Shown: positions 1 to 13,199 of the stretch, in pieces
Layout of the letters: each line of letters begins with the position of its first letter
Position numbering within the stretch: position 1 is the first letter of the stretch
NCBI GenBank assembly: GCA_043228905.1
Contig: JBHGNT010000014.1
Location: 13,392,001-13,456,000 of the forward strand
Direction: 5' to 3'
Origin: Azolla caroliniana
Taxonomy: Eukaryota > Plantae > Polypodiophyta
DNA: 64,000 bases
The notes under the pieces: generated by a model
The model's input: only the letters and a program-made list of their open reading frames with translations
Databases searched by the model: none
What the model was told of the DNA's origin: nothing
Program-made: the position numbers and the translations under genes

Positions 1-781
1 AGGGTTGGACAAGTAGCAATGAAAGTGTTTGTTGTAGCATAAAATTCAACCCCAAAGCTATATATTTCACACTTTCATAAAGACCCAGAACATCATCAAA
101 TAATTATCAATAAAAGACTATGACATCATAATAAACCATTAAGAACAAAAGAAAAAATCTTCTACATCCAACGAGACCTTCCCAAGATAGGTATGATCAA
201 AATGCCAAACCTATATTTGATCCCAACATTTGCAAACCATGTTTTGGATGTGCAACTATATATTAGGTACCTACTTTAGTAATATATACAAAATCAATAC
301 AACATGTTGACGAGGATCAATAAGAATGATAAGCAATATTTTTTACTTGATGTCTTAAACAATGTGTAATTCCTTGAATATCAATGACGGCTACACTATG
401 GTTACAAACATAAAAGACAAACAAGAGGGGGTATCCAGATGAGGGTAATCATGTACAACAAAATGATGCCATATGGAGGGAGTACTTATATGTTGAATAG
501 TTAGATATATACTTGATGGAATATTGATGAAATGTGCGGTTTTAAACTAGGTTGAGTGGATGCAATGATACAAGCCTTGCCAATTTGATCTTCCAAAATT
601 TTGATTAATGCCCTGTGAAATTTTGCCAAAGTAATTGAAGCCCAACATTGTCCATTGCAATATATGTTTCAAGTTTTATTGGATTTCAAGAGCATGATAT
701 TTAGAATACTTATAAAAACTTTGAACACACATATAAGTGAATCTAATGTTGTGATTGTTTCTGTGCATTGCCTATGTACAG

Positions 782-1178
782 ATGGTATGTTGACACAATT
801 CCCATAAGGATCTATAGGAGATCGTCAATCTCACGTTTGACATATCCAACATCTAAGCCCATGGCGATCTATGGTAGTATTTGGAATGGGGATGATTGGG
901 CTACAAGGGGAGGACTTGACAAGATCAATTATACATATGCACCTTTCACAACAACTTTTAGTAGGTTTCAAATTGATGCATGCAAACTTAATCAATCATC
1001 AATACGACCTGCATGCTTCACCAATACATCATCTTATTGGTGGTCAAACTACACTCTTAGTGAGAGAGAGAAGAAATCCTATAATTTCTATACAAATAAA
1101 TATACAATTTATAACTATTGCAACGATTATGGTCGTTTCCCTATTCAACCGGCGGAGTGTAAAATCCCTCCATGGTAA
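782..1178 (+). CDS. XTH: Xyloglucan endotransglucosylase/hydrolase, terminal exon (GH16 C-terminal part + XET_C); upstream exons lie outside the window
   Basis: WYVDTIPIRIY..YPTSKPMAIYGSIWNGDDWATRGGLDKINYTYAPF...IYNYCNDYGRFP...AEC is the typical XTH last exon; AG acceptor at 780-781 gives a phase-2 junction before W-Y-V-D. Confidence 0.93.
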
Positions 1179-3192
1179 GCATATGATGGACATTTACAAC
1201 ATATCACGCAATTTTATATAGTTCAATCCATCCATTGATCTAGTTCAAATAAACTATTCCCTTCATTTGATTTCTCTAGAATGATGAGATGGCATTCTAT
1301 CATGAACCAAAGCCTCATATAGTTCAATTTCTCGAAGAATTCAAATATTCTATTTTGATTGTCTTGTTTATTTACCTATTGTTTTATTAGGGATCAATTT
1401 ACGATTTGATTTTTAATTCGTATGCTTTAAAATTGATTAAAGGACATTTAATATAACTTCATTAAACAAGTACATGATCTACTAATTTTACAATATGGTA
1501 AAATGTGTTTTTGCTAAGCATGAACAAAAAACTCTCTTCATGATTTCCGCACTTAAGGATCATGATTAATATTCAAGTATTAATGCAATGAATGAACCTA
1601 ATATGGATGAGCAGATTTAAGAGTACAAAGAAATGTCATTATGTTCAAGTTAAAGATATAATGAGCTTTGTTATGGTAGTCACTATAACCTCTTTCAATA
1701 TCCTTACCGAGAGCTTCCTTCATAGTGAAGTGTTCTTCATTAGAACCAACCCAAGGTTGGCATGCACTAATGATGAGCAAATGAATAAGAGATTAAGAGG
1801 AAGAATGGAATAAGGGTGCTTCACCACACTGATCATCCTCGAACGAAGGACAAGAGACAAACATAAAATACCATTGATGTCCTACTGAATATTACCTTAT
1901 GTTGTACCTTGGTCGTTGAATAAAGGTTCCAAAGAAGAGAGCTTCACCTCAAATATACTGTCTTGATAGCGTCTCAGGATGCCATAATGAAGAGTATAGC
2001 TAGCCCCCTTTATATGGCTCAAATTCTTAAACCACTAGGTGTTCCCATGTGTCAATAGGTCCATATGTGCTTGTCGTAGTTCCAAGGATAACTAATTTCT
2101 AGACTATCCCACAGTTAACACATTAAAATTAGCTACAGAATTGGTCTATAAGATTATGCCTATAACAACATCCCACAATCTTACCCTTTTGTTGGCGAGA
2201 GGTGGCCGAGAGTGTCATTTGCCCTAAGCTACAAACGTAGTAACTAACTAATAATACAAGCTCGAAACTCACTCTACAACTTAAAGGTTCATCGGGGACC
2301 CCATGGAAATACATGCTTACATACACAAGATTAACTACTGAAACCATATGAGACTATACCAAATTTTAACGCTTGATAGAAGAGTGACGTAGCGAGAAAT
2401 TATGAGAGGAAGGGGGTGTGGGAGGTGATGTGGGACAAAGTTCGTGAGGAGGAAGGGGGGGCGGAGGGATGGTGAGGATGAAGATCTTTTGTGTAAGGGT
2501 GGAAGTTCGGACAGGTTGATATGTGGGTGGGAAGGAGTATCGGTGAGGTGGCGGAAGATGAGTGGAAGAGGGACTTTTGTGAGATGAGAGGTGAGAGCGA
2601 AAAATTGGGAGATCACATGGGCAAGCCAAGTTTGCATCTTATGGTGGGAAGAGACGATGGGAAGAACACGATTGAAGGTGAAGTATGGAAAAACACAAAA
2701 ATGTGTCTATCATGGACTTAAACATTGTTGAGGTATACCGAAGGTTACTCCAAGCTGCCCAACCACAATTTGACCATCTCATTGATCTTTCAATTCAAAT
2801 ATTGAATCGATGATGTAAGTTGTATCGGAACTATTATATCACAAACATTCAACATCATACGAAGTCCATCTACTACACTTTGATATCCCTTCAAGATTAT
2901 CCTTCGAAAGACCTCACATAGCTGACTGAGCAAAGCAAACTTGATTTCAACATGTTTACTATCTTCTTTATCATACCCCAATTCAAACACCCCATATATA
3001 GAGGAAGTCTTATCAATGACTTCCTAGTGTTGGTTCTCATGTCATTGAAGCTCTTCTATGCAACAAGATCCAGAGAATAGAACAAGTTACGATGCATTCA
3101 AATTCTATTTTATTCATAGATTTTTGTTGGACGTGCATTTTTTTTGTGAAGAGGAAAATGAATGTTATCCATTCATCCTACATTAAAATTTC

Positions 3193-3520
3193 TTGAGTAC
3201 TTCTCCCTCAAGAGTTCAAGTCTTCCCACTAACTAAGTGAGCACTTCTCCTTTGAGAGCTCAAGTCTTCCAATATTATCAAGTGAGCACTTCTCCTTCGA
3301 GAGCTCAAGTCTTCCAATATTATCAAGTGAGCATTTCTCCTTTAAGGGATCATGTCTTCCAATATTATCAAGTGAGCACTTATCCTTCAAGAGTTCAAGT
3401 CGGTATACATGCCTAACATCACCAAGGGAGCACTCCTCCTTCAAGGGTTCAAGTCTTTCCACATCACCAAGTAAGCACTTCTCCTTCAAGAGTTCAAGTC
3501 GGTATACATGCCTAACATCA
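3193..3520. repeat. Degenerate ~45-bp tandem array (~7 units) overlapping the 3' end of the PPR gene
   Basis: aagtgagcacttctcc(t)ttcgagagctcaagtcttccaatattatc recurs at ~3235, 3280, 3325, 3370; a 39-bp block tccttcaagagttcaagtcggtatacatgcctaacatca occurs at ~3383 and ~3482. Confidence 0.85.
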
Positions 3521-5516
3521 AGAGGAAAGCTCGAGAATGATTTTCACTGGTTTTGACTGCATAATCAAATGTGTGACTACCAAGTACACTATCACCTCCC
3601 TTTTGACAAGACCCTATGACTGAAGTCCATGTCACAATATCAGAGTCCAATGAAAATCTCTCTAACAGGGCCATGGCCTCATCTAATTGGCCGGCACGAC
3701 TTAAAAGGTCGACCAAACATGTATAATGATTAACCATCGGAGATATGCAATAAACTTTGGTCATAGCCCCAAAATAGTCTTGTCCTTTACCCAAGGCACC
3801 CTCATGGCTACACGAGGAAAGAATGCTAACAAATGAGACTGCATCTGGGCATATTCCTTCTTTCTTCATCGCCTGAAGTAAATACAAGGCATGTGTAGTT
3901 TCTCCTTGTCGTGCATATCCAGCAACAAGTGCATTCCATCCCACAAGACCCTTAAAAGGTCTAGTGTTAAATACTTTCATGGCATCATCCATGCTTCCAC
4001 ACCTACCATACATGTCAATAAGGGCAACTTCTATGGATGATTCATTGATATGATGGCCATTGTAGAAGTTTTCGATGACTTGGGCGTGGAACTTCCTTCC
4101 TATGTTAAGGGCAGCTGCCTCACCACATGCTTTGAACACACTAAGAAAGGTGACATGATTGGGTAATAACCCTTGTTCTTGCATTTGCATATAGAGTGAA
4201 AGAGCCTTTTCAATCTCTCCCTCCCCAGCATAACCCAAAATTATTGCACTCCATGGCACCACATTTGTAGATAATCCCTCAAGTTGCATCCTCACCATGC
4301 AATCAAATGCTTTATTGTGATGACCATGTGAAGCGTAGCCTGCTATTAACGATGTCCAAGATACAATATCTTTGATAGGCAGACCATAAAATATATGACA
4401 TGCATCAATGAACATACCGCATTGTGCATACATGCCCACTAGAGAATTACCTACAAAAGAATAGCTTTCTAGATTGTGTTTGATAATCCTAGAATGCAGT
4501 TCTTGACCCTTAGTTTTCCATCCTAAATGACTACAAGCTTTCAACATATACACAAATGTGATAGCATTTGGGGATAAACCTTCATGATCCATCTTCTCTA
4601 GGGAAAAAAGTGCTTCTTTCAAAAGTCCATGTTCAACATATCCTTCAATAAGCACATTCCAAGATACTACATCTCGACATGATATAGTATCAAAAACATC
4701 TTGGGCTTTGGAGAGTTGGCCACATTTAGCATACATGTCGACCAAAGTATTACATACAGAGATATCTCCCCCAAAACCACCTCGTAAAATATCATTATGC
4801 AGGGATTTTCCCTTATCTAAACTTCCTAATACACAGCAAGCTTTTAAGGCACAAACAAAAGTTACCTCATTTGGTATTACACCATTCAATTCCATCATTT
4901 CCAAGCATCTAAGAGCTTCTTTAGCATAACCACAATCTACATACACTGAAATCAGTGCATTCCATGCTATAACATCATGGTTCCCATGACAATCAAACAC
5001 ATCTTGGGCTTCTTCTACAGCACCACAATGGCCATACATATTCACCAATGTGTTTACAATGTAAGGATTAATCTCATAACCCTCTTTACAAACCTCATAA
5101 TGCATATTAAACCCCCTTTCCAGGCTATGCATTTTAGAGCAAGCCTTAAGCAGGACAACAAAGATGTAATCATTGACACACATACAATCATCTTGCATCT
5201 TATGATATAGATCAAAAACTTGTTCGTTATTTCCATGGTCAATGCAACAATGCATAAGGGAAGCAAAAGAGCGAGTGTTATGATGAGATAACCTTGAAAA
5301 TATCTGTTGAGCTTGACGAAGAGATCCACAATCAGCAAACAATGGAACAAGCTGATTACCAATTACTCTATCAAGATCTAGGCCATTGTTGCATATGTGT
5401 ATGTGAAATACCCTTGCCTGAGTTAAGTTCCTCTTACCTCTGCAAATTTGCAAGGATTGAATGATGCTGTCGACGGAGGGAATATGATCGAACCCGAAGA
5501 AAACCTCTTCTGCCAT
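3486..5516 (-). CDS. PLS-class pentatricopeptide repeat protein with partial E domain and no DYW (organellar RNA-editing-factor type), intronless
   Basis: 676-aa ORF of repeating P-L-S motifs (NTLVDMYAKCG..AQDVFD..DVVSWNVLI.GY..PNAITFV..LKAC), then YTCLVDLLSRAGQLDEA and an E-like DIVTWTSVIGSC...AFLLMLGMY. Confidence 0.95.
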   Translation of the reverse strand: MAEEVFFGFDHIPSVDSIIQSLQICRGKRNLTQARVFHIHICNNGLDLDRVIGNQLVPLFADCGSLRQAQQIFSRLSHHNTRSFASLMHCCIDHGNNEQVFDLYHKMQDDCMCVNDYIFVVLLKACSKMHSLERGFNMHYEVCKEGYEINPYIVNTLVNMYGHCGAVEEAQDVFDCHGNHDVIAWNALISVYVDCGYAKEALRCLEMMELNGVIPNEVTFVCALKACCVLGSLDKGKSLHNDILRGGFGGDISVCNTLVDMYAKCGQLSKAQDVFDTISCRDVVSWNVLIEGYVEHGLLKEALFSLEKMDHEGLSPNAITFVYMLKACSHLGWKTKGQELHSRIIKHNLESYSFVGNSLVGMYAQCGMFIDACHIFYGLPIKDIVSWTSLIAGYASHGHHNKAFDCMVRMQLEGLSTNVVPWSAIILGYAGEGEIEKALSLYMQMQEQGLLPNHVTFLSVFKACGEAAALNIGRKFHAQVIENFYNGHHINESSIEVALIDMYGRCGSMDDAMKVFNTRPFKGLVGWNALVAGYARQGETTHALYLLQAMKKEGICPDAVSFVSILSSCSHEGALGKGQDYFGAMTKVYCISPMVNHYTCLVDLLSRAGQLDEAMALLERFSLDSDIVTWTSVIGSCQKGGDSVLGSHTFDYAVKTSENHSRAFLLMLGMYTDLNS

Positions 5517-6670
5517 ATCAAAAGCTCAGTCATTGTCTATGTGGATAAAGATACAGCAAACCCCTGAATTCCCCTGAACCATCACATTCTTCTGATGAAT
5601 TTCTACTCCTGAAGAGCATGATGCATGCATGCATGGTTTGGAAGGAGGAGGTATGGATTGGGATGCTTGGAGAGGGTTTGGCCGCCCATGAAGAAGAAGA
5701 AGAAGAAGAAGAAGAAGAGCATTGTAATGTGGAAGGAGAATAGTGGGCGACCGGACGAACCAAATTGTTAGAGATAATTGAGAATCGATTAGATCGGCAT
5801 ATAGAGTTACAATCACAGAAACGTGGTTCGTGATAGCGTATTTTAGATCATCAACCAAATGGTTTTAACTTTTGTATCGTAGATCATCAACCGAGCCCAA
5901 TAGGGAGTGGAGGAGGAGCCACATGATCCGAAATGCTAGAGCTTGACATAAGGTTCCAAAAGTGATGCACTGAACACTTGATGAAGACACGTATGAGGAA
6001 GGAGATTGAGACGAAACATAACATCAGTGGTGTCGTTCGTGGTAGCGTATGGACCGAGATGTTGAGATTCCAACTTGTTGTAGGGGCAAATGGTCTTTAT
6101 GGTAATCCAAAGGAGCCAAGAAATCTTTAAATGCTTGATACTTGGTTGGGAGTAAGGTTTTCGGCTTTTCTGGACTACGAGATAGCATTTGTGTAAGATT
6201 TGTAGAGAGACTGTTGAGATTTGATAATGCGGTAGAGTTGAGATTGTGTTGTTGTTTTAGGATTCAATAATCCTTACTCATTTTCTCCAATCAACTTTGG
6301 ATTGTGATGCTCAAACCAAGGTAAACCAATGACAAACAAATCGTGGGTTGCCCATAACCATGTGAAGTAACTCGTACTCTTCGATTATATCTCAAGAGAG
6401 TATAGGCTTATAACCATTTATGATTGTGGTAGATGTTGGGCAACTCAATGTTTTGAAGAGGATTTTATTTGTTAAAGCAAGTTTTTAGTCCATGAAGCAA
6501 AAGTTGGCTCCGAAATTTAAGAGAGTAGAGGCAATGACTCAATGATATCAAGAAGTACTAAGTTCAACTTATGTCACAAAAACCTTACCAACTCGAATCA
6601 ACACAATGGAACCATTACTTTGGAGTGACTCTACGAATTTTGGGGTGTTTTGTGCTCTCTTTGTGCCTCA

Positions 6671-7044
6671 TGGAACACTTCTATATATCGTTGGAGTTTT
6701 ACCTCCCCTCAATATCGTTGTTACCTTGGGATCAAACTAGTGTTTACCCTTTTGGTGGTGAACCTGGCATAGGTGGTTGTTGAATGCCTCCGAGCCATTA
6801 ACTCGCTTAATGATGTTTGATTAGTGCTTATATCTCTCTCACTCTCTTAGACAAATAGAAATAAAAAATGTATTTATTAATCCCTCTTGCTAAGAGGTCT
6901 AGCACCAACAAGGATGAGAGATTAGTGTCTTTCTACTCAGCACTAGCACTAATCTCTCTTAGGCTTATGATTACAAGAAAGAGGAGAGAAAACTTAGCAC
7001 TCTAATATCTTAGGAGAACTTTTAAACAAATGGAGGAACCATTA
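6671..7044 (-). mobile_element. Left part of an old solo LTR related to the LTR of the 28050-38529 element, split by a copia insertion
   Basis: Shares long blocks (tgctaagaggtctagcaccaacaagga..gagattagtgt, cctccgagcc, tatctctctcactctc) with 28050-28450. Confidence 0.75.
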
Positions 7045-7527
7045 TGTAAAGAATGAGAGGCGTAGGTGATGTTGTGCACCAGAGGTGAACTGTGTGTGTG
7101 CACTCATAGAACAACAGAGAGAGAGAGAGAGAGAGCTTTGAACAAGAAGCTATATTGGTAAACAAATAGAATACATCCAAAAGTAACTAAGTTACAAAGA
7201 GTTGGTTAAAATACCAACTAGTGTATGGCAAGTGCCCTTTCTACTAATTAGAAAACTAGCCTAGTATGATGTCCATTGGTTAGTGTGAAAACTATCTCTA
7301 TGGGAAGTTGAGTTTGATTCTCAACACTCCCCTTCGAACACAATTTCCGGACGCCGAAAAATTGGTTTGGTTTGGAATACTTCGATTCAGCTGAATCGGC
7401 TTCGACTTTCAAATTACTTTGATTCAGATGTTCGGCTTTTGGCTCTCGATTGCTTCGTGCTCCTTGTTCTGTTCAACTGTCATCATCATACTTTGACTCC
7501 TCTGGTCGGCTTCAATCGACTAATCGG

Positions 7528-10500
7528 TTATTCAGTACTCACCCTCAAGCTCAACAATGCAGATATCATGAGGCCAAGGTCTAAAGTAAATTGTCCGAGC
7601 TTGTCGACTCCTAAGGCTTTTGTGAAGATGTCAACTACTTGAAGATTCGTGTTGATGTGTTGTAAATCGACATCTCTAGTGTGAACGCACTCTCGGATGA
7701 AGTGATAGTGCACTTCAATATGCTTGGTCCACGCGTGGAACACGGGGTTCCGAGCTAGGTAGATACTGGTCATGTTATCGGAGTATAGGAGAATCAAATC
7801 CTTGATGGGAACACCCAGATCCTTCAATATGCGCTTCAGCCAGATGGTCTCACATGTTGCGCCCCTATATTTGGCCTCTATGCTCAACAATGCGATTGTC
7901 GATTGCATTTTGCTGCTTCAGGATATCGTTCCACTAATGAGGGAGAAGACAAATCCTAACGTGGATCGTCGATCAACTTTGTAACTGGCCCCATTCGCAT
8001 CTGTGCACCCTTCAAGCCGAATGATCGTATCCGACTTATACATGATGCCGAAATCCATCATCCCACAAACATACCTAAGTACCCTCTTAGCGTAATCGAG
8101 ATGAATATTTTGAGGATTCTGCATGAATTGGCTAAGTAGGCCAACCAAATAGTTGAGGTCGGGTCGTGTGATGGTTAGATAGATTAAGCTACCGATCAGT
8201 TGACGATATTGAGTCGGCTCCTCGCAATCTTTTGTTCCCGAATCAACATCGAGCTTGAGCTTCCGATTGAGAGGGGTTGACATAGGTTTGCACTCAGTCA
8301 TCCCGAACTTGTAGAGTAAGTTGAGAATGTAGTGCCATTGAGAGATCAGTATCCCGACTGGTGTCCAAATTACTTTGATACCGAGGAAGTAATGGAGCTC
8401 GTTCATGTCTTTCAATTTCCTTTCGAATCTGCTGGATAGGAGCGTTTTGACCATATTAATGTCGGCGAGATCCTTTCCTCTGATTACTAGATCATCCACG
8501 TCTAGGATGATGACTCGGGTTGTCCGACTCGTTTCGGATGTATAGGGAGTTGTCTGATTTCGACATTTGGAAGCCTATTTGGTGAAGATATTGAGTGATC
8601 TTTGAATGTCAAGCAGGCGGTGCTTGCTTGAGTCCATATAGCAATTTCTTGAGTTGGCAAACTGCTTTCGGGTGTTTGCTCGATTCGAAACCGGGTGGTT
8701 GAATCATGAAGACCTCCTCTTCTAATTTGCCTTGTAGGAAGGCGTTCTTTACATCCATCTGGTGGAGGTACCACCATTTTGTAGCTACGAGAGCAATGAT
8801 TGTCGAACATTTGTTATCTTTGCCATCGGGGCAAAGGTCTCCTCGTAATCGACTCCATGTGTTTGGGCATATCCCTTCACTACGAGTGTGGCCTTGAAGT
8901 GATTTAACGAGTCGTCAACATTATATTTTACTTTATATATCCACATGCGGCCGATCACTTTCTTATGTGGAGAAGGGGGGACGAGATCCCATGACTCGTT
9001 TTTGCATAGAGCCTGCATTTCTTCGTTCATGGCTTCGATCGCTCGATCCACCATGGATCCTTGCCTACCTCGGAAAAGGTTTCCGGTTCTTAGATTGTTG
9101 CCACCTTCATTATAAAGGCATAATGATATGCCATATAATCATCATAGCCGAAGCGGCTAACCGGGTTTTTCTCTCGAGTGTAGCAATGGGGCTTCTTGTT
9201 TGTAGAGACTAAGGCTTTCTTTTCTCCATTCATTCGGATGATTGGCATGTCAAGGCCTTCAAACTCTCTGTCAAGGGAGTGAGTTGACTTGTTGTCGATC
9301 TGATCTTCGTATTCTAGCATTTTGGCCTTCCCTTTGTCGAGCTTCGGACTCGGCTGAGATGTGCTTTGATCACTCGGGGGCTCTTGTGGTCCACTCAGCC
9401 TTGTCATAATCAAACTTTCTTCAAACATGTGTCCGAGTCGATCTTCATCTTCTATCTCTCGTTTGACTGAATCTAGGCTAATTGTTGTCAAAATCAGAGT
9501 CGTCTCTGGTTCGTACCAGGATGCCGACTCGTTGAAAATGATGTCTCGACTCACCCGAACTTTTTGGGTGGATGGATTGTAACATTTGTACCCCTTTTGT
9601 TTGAGTGAGTACCCTACGAGGATACATTTCTCCGACTTCTGGTCGAGCTTTTGTTGCTTCTCGTCGGGAATATGCACGTAGGAGATGGAGCCGAATATAC
9701 AGATATGTGATAGATCCGGCTTCTTCTCAAAGAATTTCTCATAAGGGATTACGTCGTGCACCCCAGAGGTTGTACATCTATTCATGAGATAGACGGTTGT
9801 GTCCGAACACTTTGCTCTTTTGCTGCATGAGGTAAATCCAGGCGTGCTTGGAGAAATCGTCGATAAATGTGACATAGTATCGGCATCCACTGAATTTGGC
9901 TATTTGTGCCGGTCCCCACACATCTGAATGTATGACATCTAGGATCCCTTTGCTCACGTTCCTCTCTTTCGGGAACGTTTGTTGGTGTGTTTGCCGAACT
10001 GGCAAGCTTCACATACACCAACTATCTCCTTTTCGGTAAATGTTGGGAATCCGATTACGACTCCTTTCGACTGCATTCCTTTAATCTTTTGGAGGTTGAT
10101 GTGGCCAATTCGCTTGTACCACAGGTTCAAGTCGGTTTCGACTTTGAGGCCTTTTGTAAACATGGTTGATTTCACCTCATTCCATTCGAGGATGAAGATT
10201 TGGCCTTCTCTTTGACCGTGAGCTATGATTCAATCGTCTTTTTCAATGAAGCACCCATCATTGTTGAATCGTACTTGCATACCTTGTTCGACAATTTAAT
10301 AGACCGAGACTAGGTTTTTTGTGATGGTTGGTACATGAAGACGTTCTTGAGGTAGGTTTGTTTGCCGTCGTTCCCGAATAGGACATTTCTGATATGCTGA
10401 ATCGAGTGAATTGTGTCATCTCCGGTTTTGACATAACCGGGTCAATCGGGCTTTCTTAACTCTCGAAACCAATCTTCATGAGACACCATATGATTGGATG

Positions 10501-11091
10501 CTCCTGAGTCGACAAACCATACATTATCAGACGAGGAGGTGCTTATCTGACCTTGTGCCGACACCGAATGAGCTTTGTGCCTCATTACGAACATTCCACC
10601 ATGGTCGTCATAATCGGAATTTGTGGTGTAATTTGTGAGTTGTCAACTGGTCGAAGCCAACTCTCATTGCTTCTTTCGGAACTCCACTTCGTAGTGGCCG
10701 AGTTTCGACATAACCGGGTCGATTGGGCTTTCTTAACTCTCGAAACCAAGCTTCATGAGACGCCATATGATTGTGTTGAGAGATCAAGCTCAATTTAGTT
10801 TAGTTAGTTAGTCAACAATGTAACTTCGTAGTTACCTAGATTGAATCTAGTTAGAAGTGTTGACTATAACGCCTTAAATAAGACCTTGTACTTAAGTGAG
10901 ATATTCTAGATCCTTCACTCCTAAGTACATTTAATATAGGACTTACACATTAGTACCTATATTCTACTCACACATGTGCACCTTTGCACATATGATGTAT
11001 ATATACCTCATTGTGGGTATTTTTGTATTTGATGATGATAATGCTAATTTAATATACTTACTCATCCCCCATCTTGTGTTGTTCATAAGTG

Positions 11092-11145
<54 letters not shown>

Positions 11146-12202
11146 TCTCACACACATACACACACATATCACTTACTCTTCCGCTTATCACTTAATCACA
11201 TAATTAGGTACTAATTAATCCTTGCTTAATTAATCTCCTAATTCTTAACAGATTGGATGCTCCTGAGTCGATAAACCATACATTATCGGACGAGGAAGTG
11301 CTTGTCTGACCTTGTGCTGACATCGAATGAGCTTTGTGCCTCATTACGAACATTCCACCATGGTCGTCATAATCGGAATTCGTGGTGTAATTTGTGAGTT
11401 GTCAACTGGTCGAAGCCGACTCTTGTTGAGTTTCCCACATTACGCGCATTCGATCGGGTTGCGATGGCTCGGTCCGGCAAGATGGCTCCCCCTTCTATAG
11501 AACTCCTGAGAATTGTTCCTATCATATTTCCATTGGTGGGAGTTGTGTTCTCAGGTTGGTTGACCCTGTTGCCTTCGGCCGAATCGACCTCTATTTCCTC
11601 GGCCGAATCCTCTTCTATCATCCGCCTGGGAGTAGAGCATCTGACCGTTTGGTGCGTTGCTCCTTTGTCGGCCATGAGTTTCCTCCACTAGTAATATAGA
11701 TTGAAGGTCGAAAAAGGAAGGAGGGTTCTCCCTTGCGAGAATGGCCGATCTCATTATGCCGAATCAAGGTGGTAAGCTACCGAGGCATATTTGTACCATT
11801 TCATCATCATCAATGATGACGTTGATCGATCAAGGGCAACACATAGCTCCTTGATCTTCAAGGTATAGCTAGTGATCGACATGTCCCTTTATTGCCTATT
11901 GTTTAACTCCTGACGGAGTTAGAGTTTACATGCAGTTGCGAAAATCTTCTTGAGATCGTGCCGAGCTTCTTTCAGCGTTTTCGATTCTCGAATATAGCCG
12001 AGCATGATGCAAGGCAATACAACACACGACTTGTGGCCTGCTCCCATGCTAGGTAGTTAGCATGTGTTAGGTTGGGTTGCGTTTCGTGAGCTCCCTCAAT
12101 ATAGCTCCAATACCCTTGTCCGACGAGGTATTGATGCATATTGTACTCCCAATATGCGAAGTTTGTTTTATCAAGCTTCTCTGTAGGAAGAGCACTTCCC
12201 AT
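7528..12202 (-). pseudogene. Copia-1 gag-pol polyprotein (stops and frameshifts)
   Basis: LPTEKLDKTNF (gag), LWYKRIGHIN/CEACQFGK (GAG-pre-integrase), HSDVWGP..FIDDFS (INT), DDLVI (RT), ARNPVFHAWTKHIEVHYHF (RH). Confidence 0.93.
10774..11250 (+). mobile_element. Solo LTR (477 bp) of a related copia family inserted in Copia-1
   Basis: TG..CA ends, perfect 5-bp TSD GATTG (10769-10773 and 11251-11255); begins TGTTGAGAGATCAAGCTCAA like the other copia LTRs here; (CT)n tract inside. Confidence 0.9.
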
Positions 12203-12391
12203 CTAAGTGTTCATGATGTCGATTTCTTCTCTGTTGCTTAAACTGGTTTTGTTGATCGTCAGTGTGTAGCTCAGCATAGTTGAAAAAACTCGATTGGAAA
12301 ACCACACACGCTAATACCATGTAAAGAATGAGAGGCGTAGGTGATGTTGTGTAGCGGAGCTAAACTGTGTCAGTGTGTGTGCACTTGTAGG

Positions 12392-12447
<56 letters not shown>

Positions 12448-12636
12448 TGAACAAGAAGCGATATTGGTAAAAAAAATAGAATACATCCAACAGTATCTAA
12501 GTTACAAAGAGTTGGTTTAAATACCAACTAGTCTAGGGCAAGTGCCCTTTCTACTAATTACAAAACTAGCATAGTATGATGTCCAGTGGCTAGTGTGAAC
12601 ACTATCTTTATGGGAAGTTGAGTTCGATTCTCAACA

Positions 12637-12836
12637 CCTTACAAAGAAACCACCGTGTGGTTTATATAGGTTTTACAATGTGGGTGTGGTCATTTCACAC
12701 TTGGTTGCCTATTGGCTTATCTTTTCCTCTATTGGTTCTTACTACTTCCCTTTTGTGTATCCTTCTAGTTACTTGGTATCCTTGTTGATGCGTTCTTCTT
12801 CATGACAAAGGTATGATGCGTTCCAATTGCTTAACA
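12637..12836 (-). mobile_element. Right part of the split Athila-like solo LTR
   Basis: tgtggtttatatag...ccttgttgatgcgttctt...gcttaaca matches 28460-28616. Confidence 0.75.
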
Positions 12837-13199
12837 ATTTTCTAAACAAATTGCTTTTGTTTTCGTTGGATAATACACATTTATATACTTCATTAGCTAT
12901 TTGGCTAAGAACTTCAAACCTATTGGATGATGCAAGGCTACCACTGGTACAAGGATGGCTAGATGTAATTAGAGTTCATCAAGATAAACTTTAGTACTTA
13001 CTTGATTAAATTGACTTCTAGATCAATGAGGACAATTTATTATTACATGTCATGGGTCACTACAAGATAAACAAACAATTTGTTCGACATTGATGCTTTT
13101 GCTGGACATCGATGCTTTTCGGCCTCAATCAATGGACCTCAACAATGTGCAACATCATCATAGCTATACAAGGCATTGAGTAGAGCTTGAAGGTGGGAT

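Larger units (their letters stand above)
7045..12636 (-). mobile_element. Ty1/copia LTR retrotransposon (Copia-1), full length but degenerate
   Basis: LTRs 7045-7326 and 12320-12636 (TG..CA); near-TSD CATTA/CCTTA; degenerate tRNA-Met PBS at ~12310-12319; PPT at 7327-7334; gag-PR-INT-RT-RH fragments on minus strand. Confidence 0.95.

Noticed and set aside
1540-3000. Possible very old gypsy integrase/chromodomain relic and a purine-skewed island at 2400-2640
   Set aside because: Only vague motif echoes; no LTR, TSD or continuous frame to support a call
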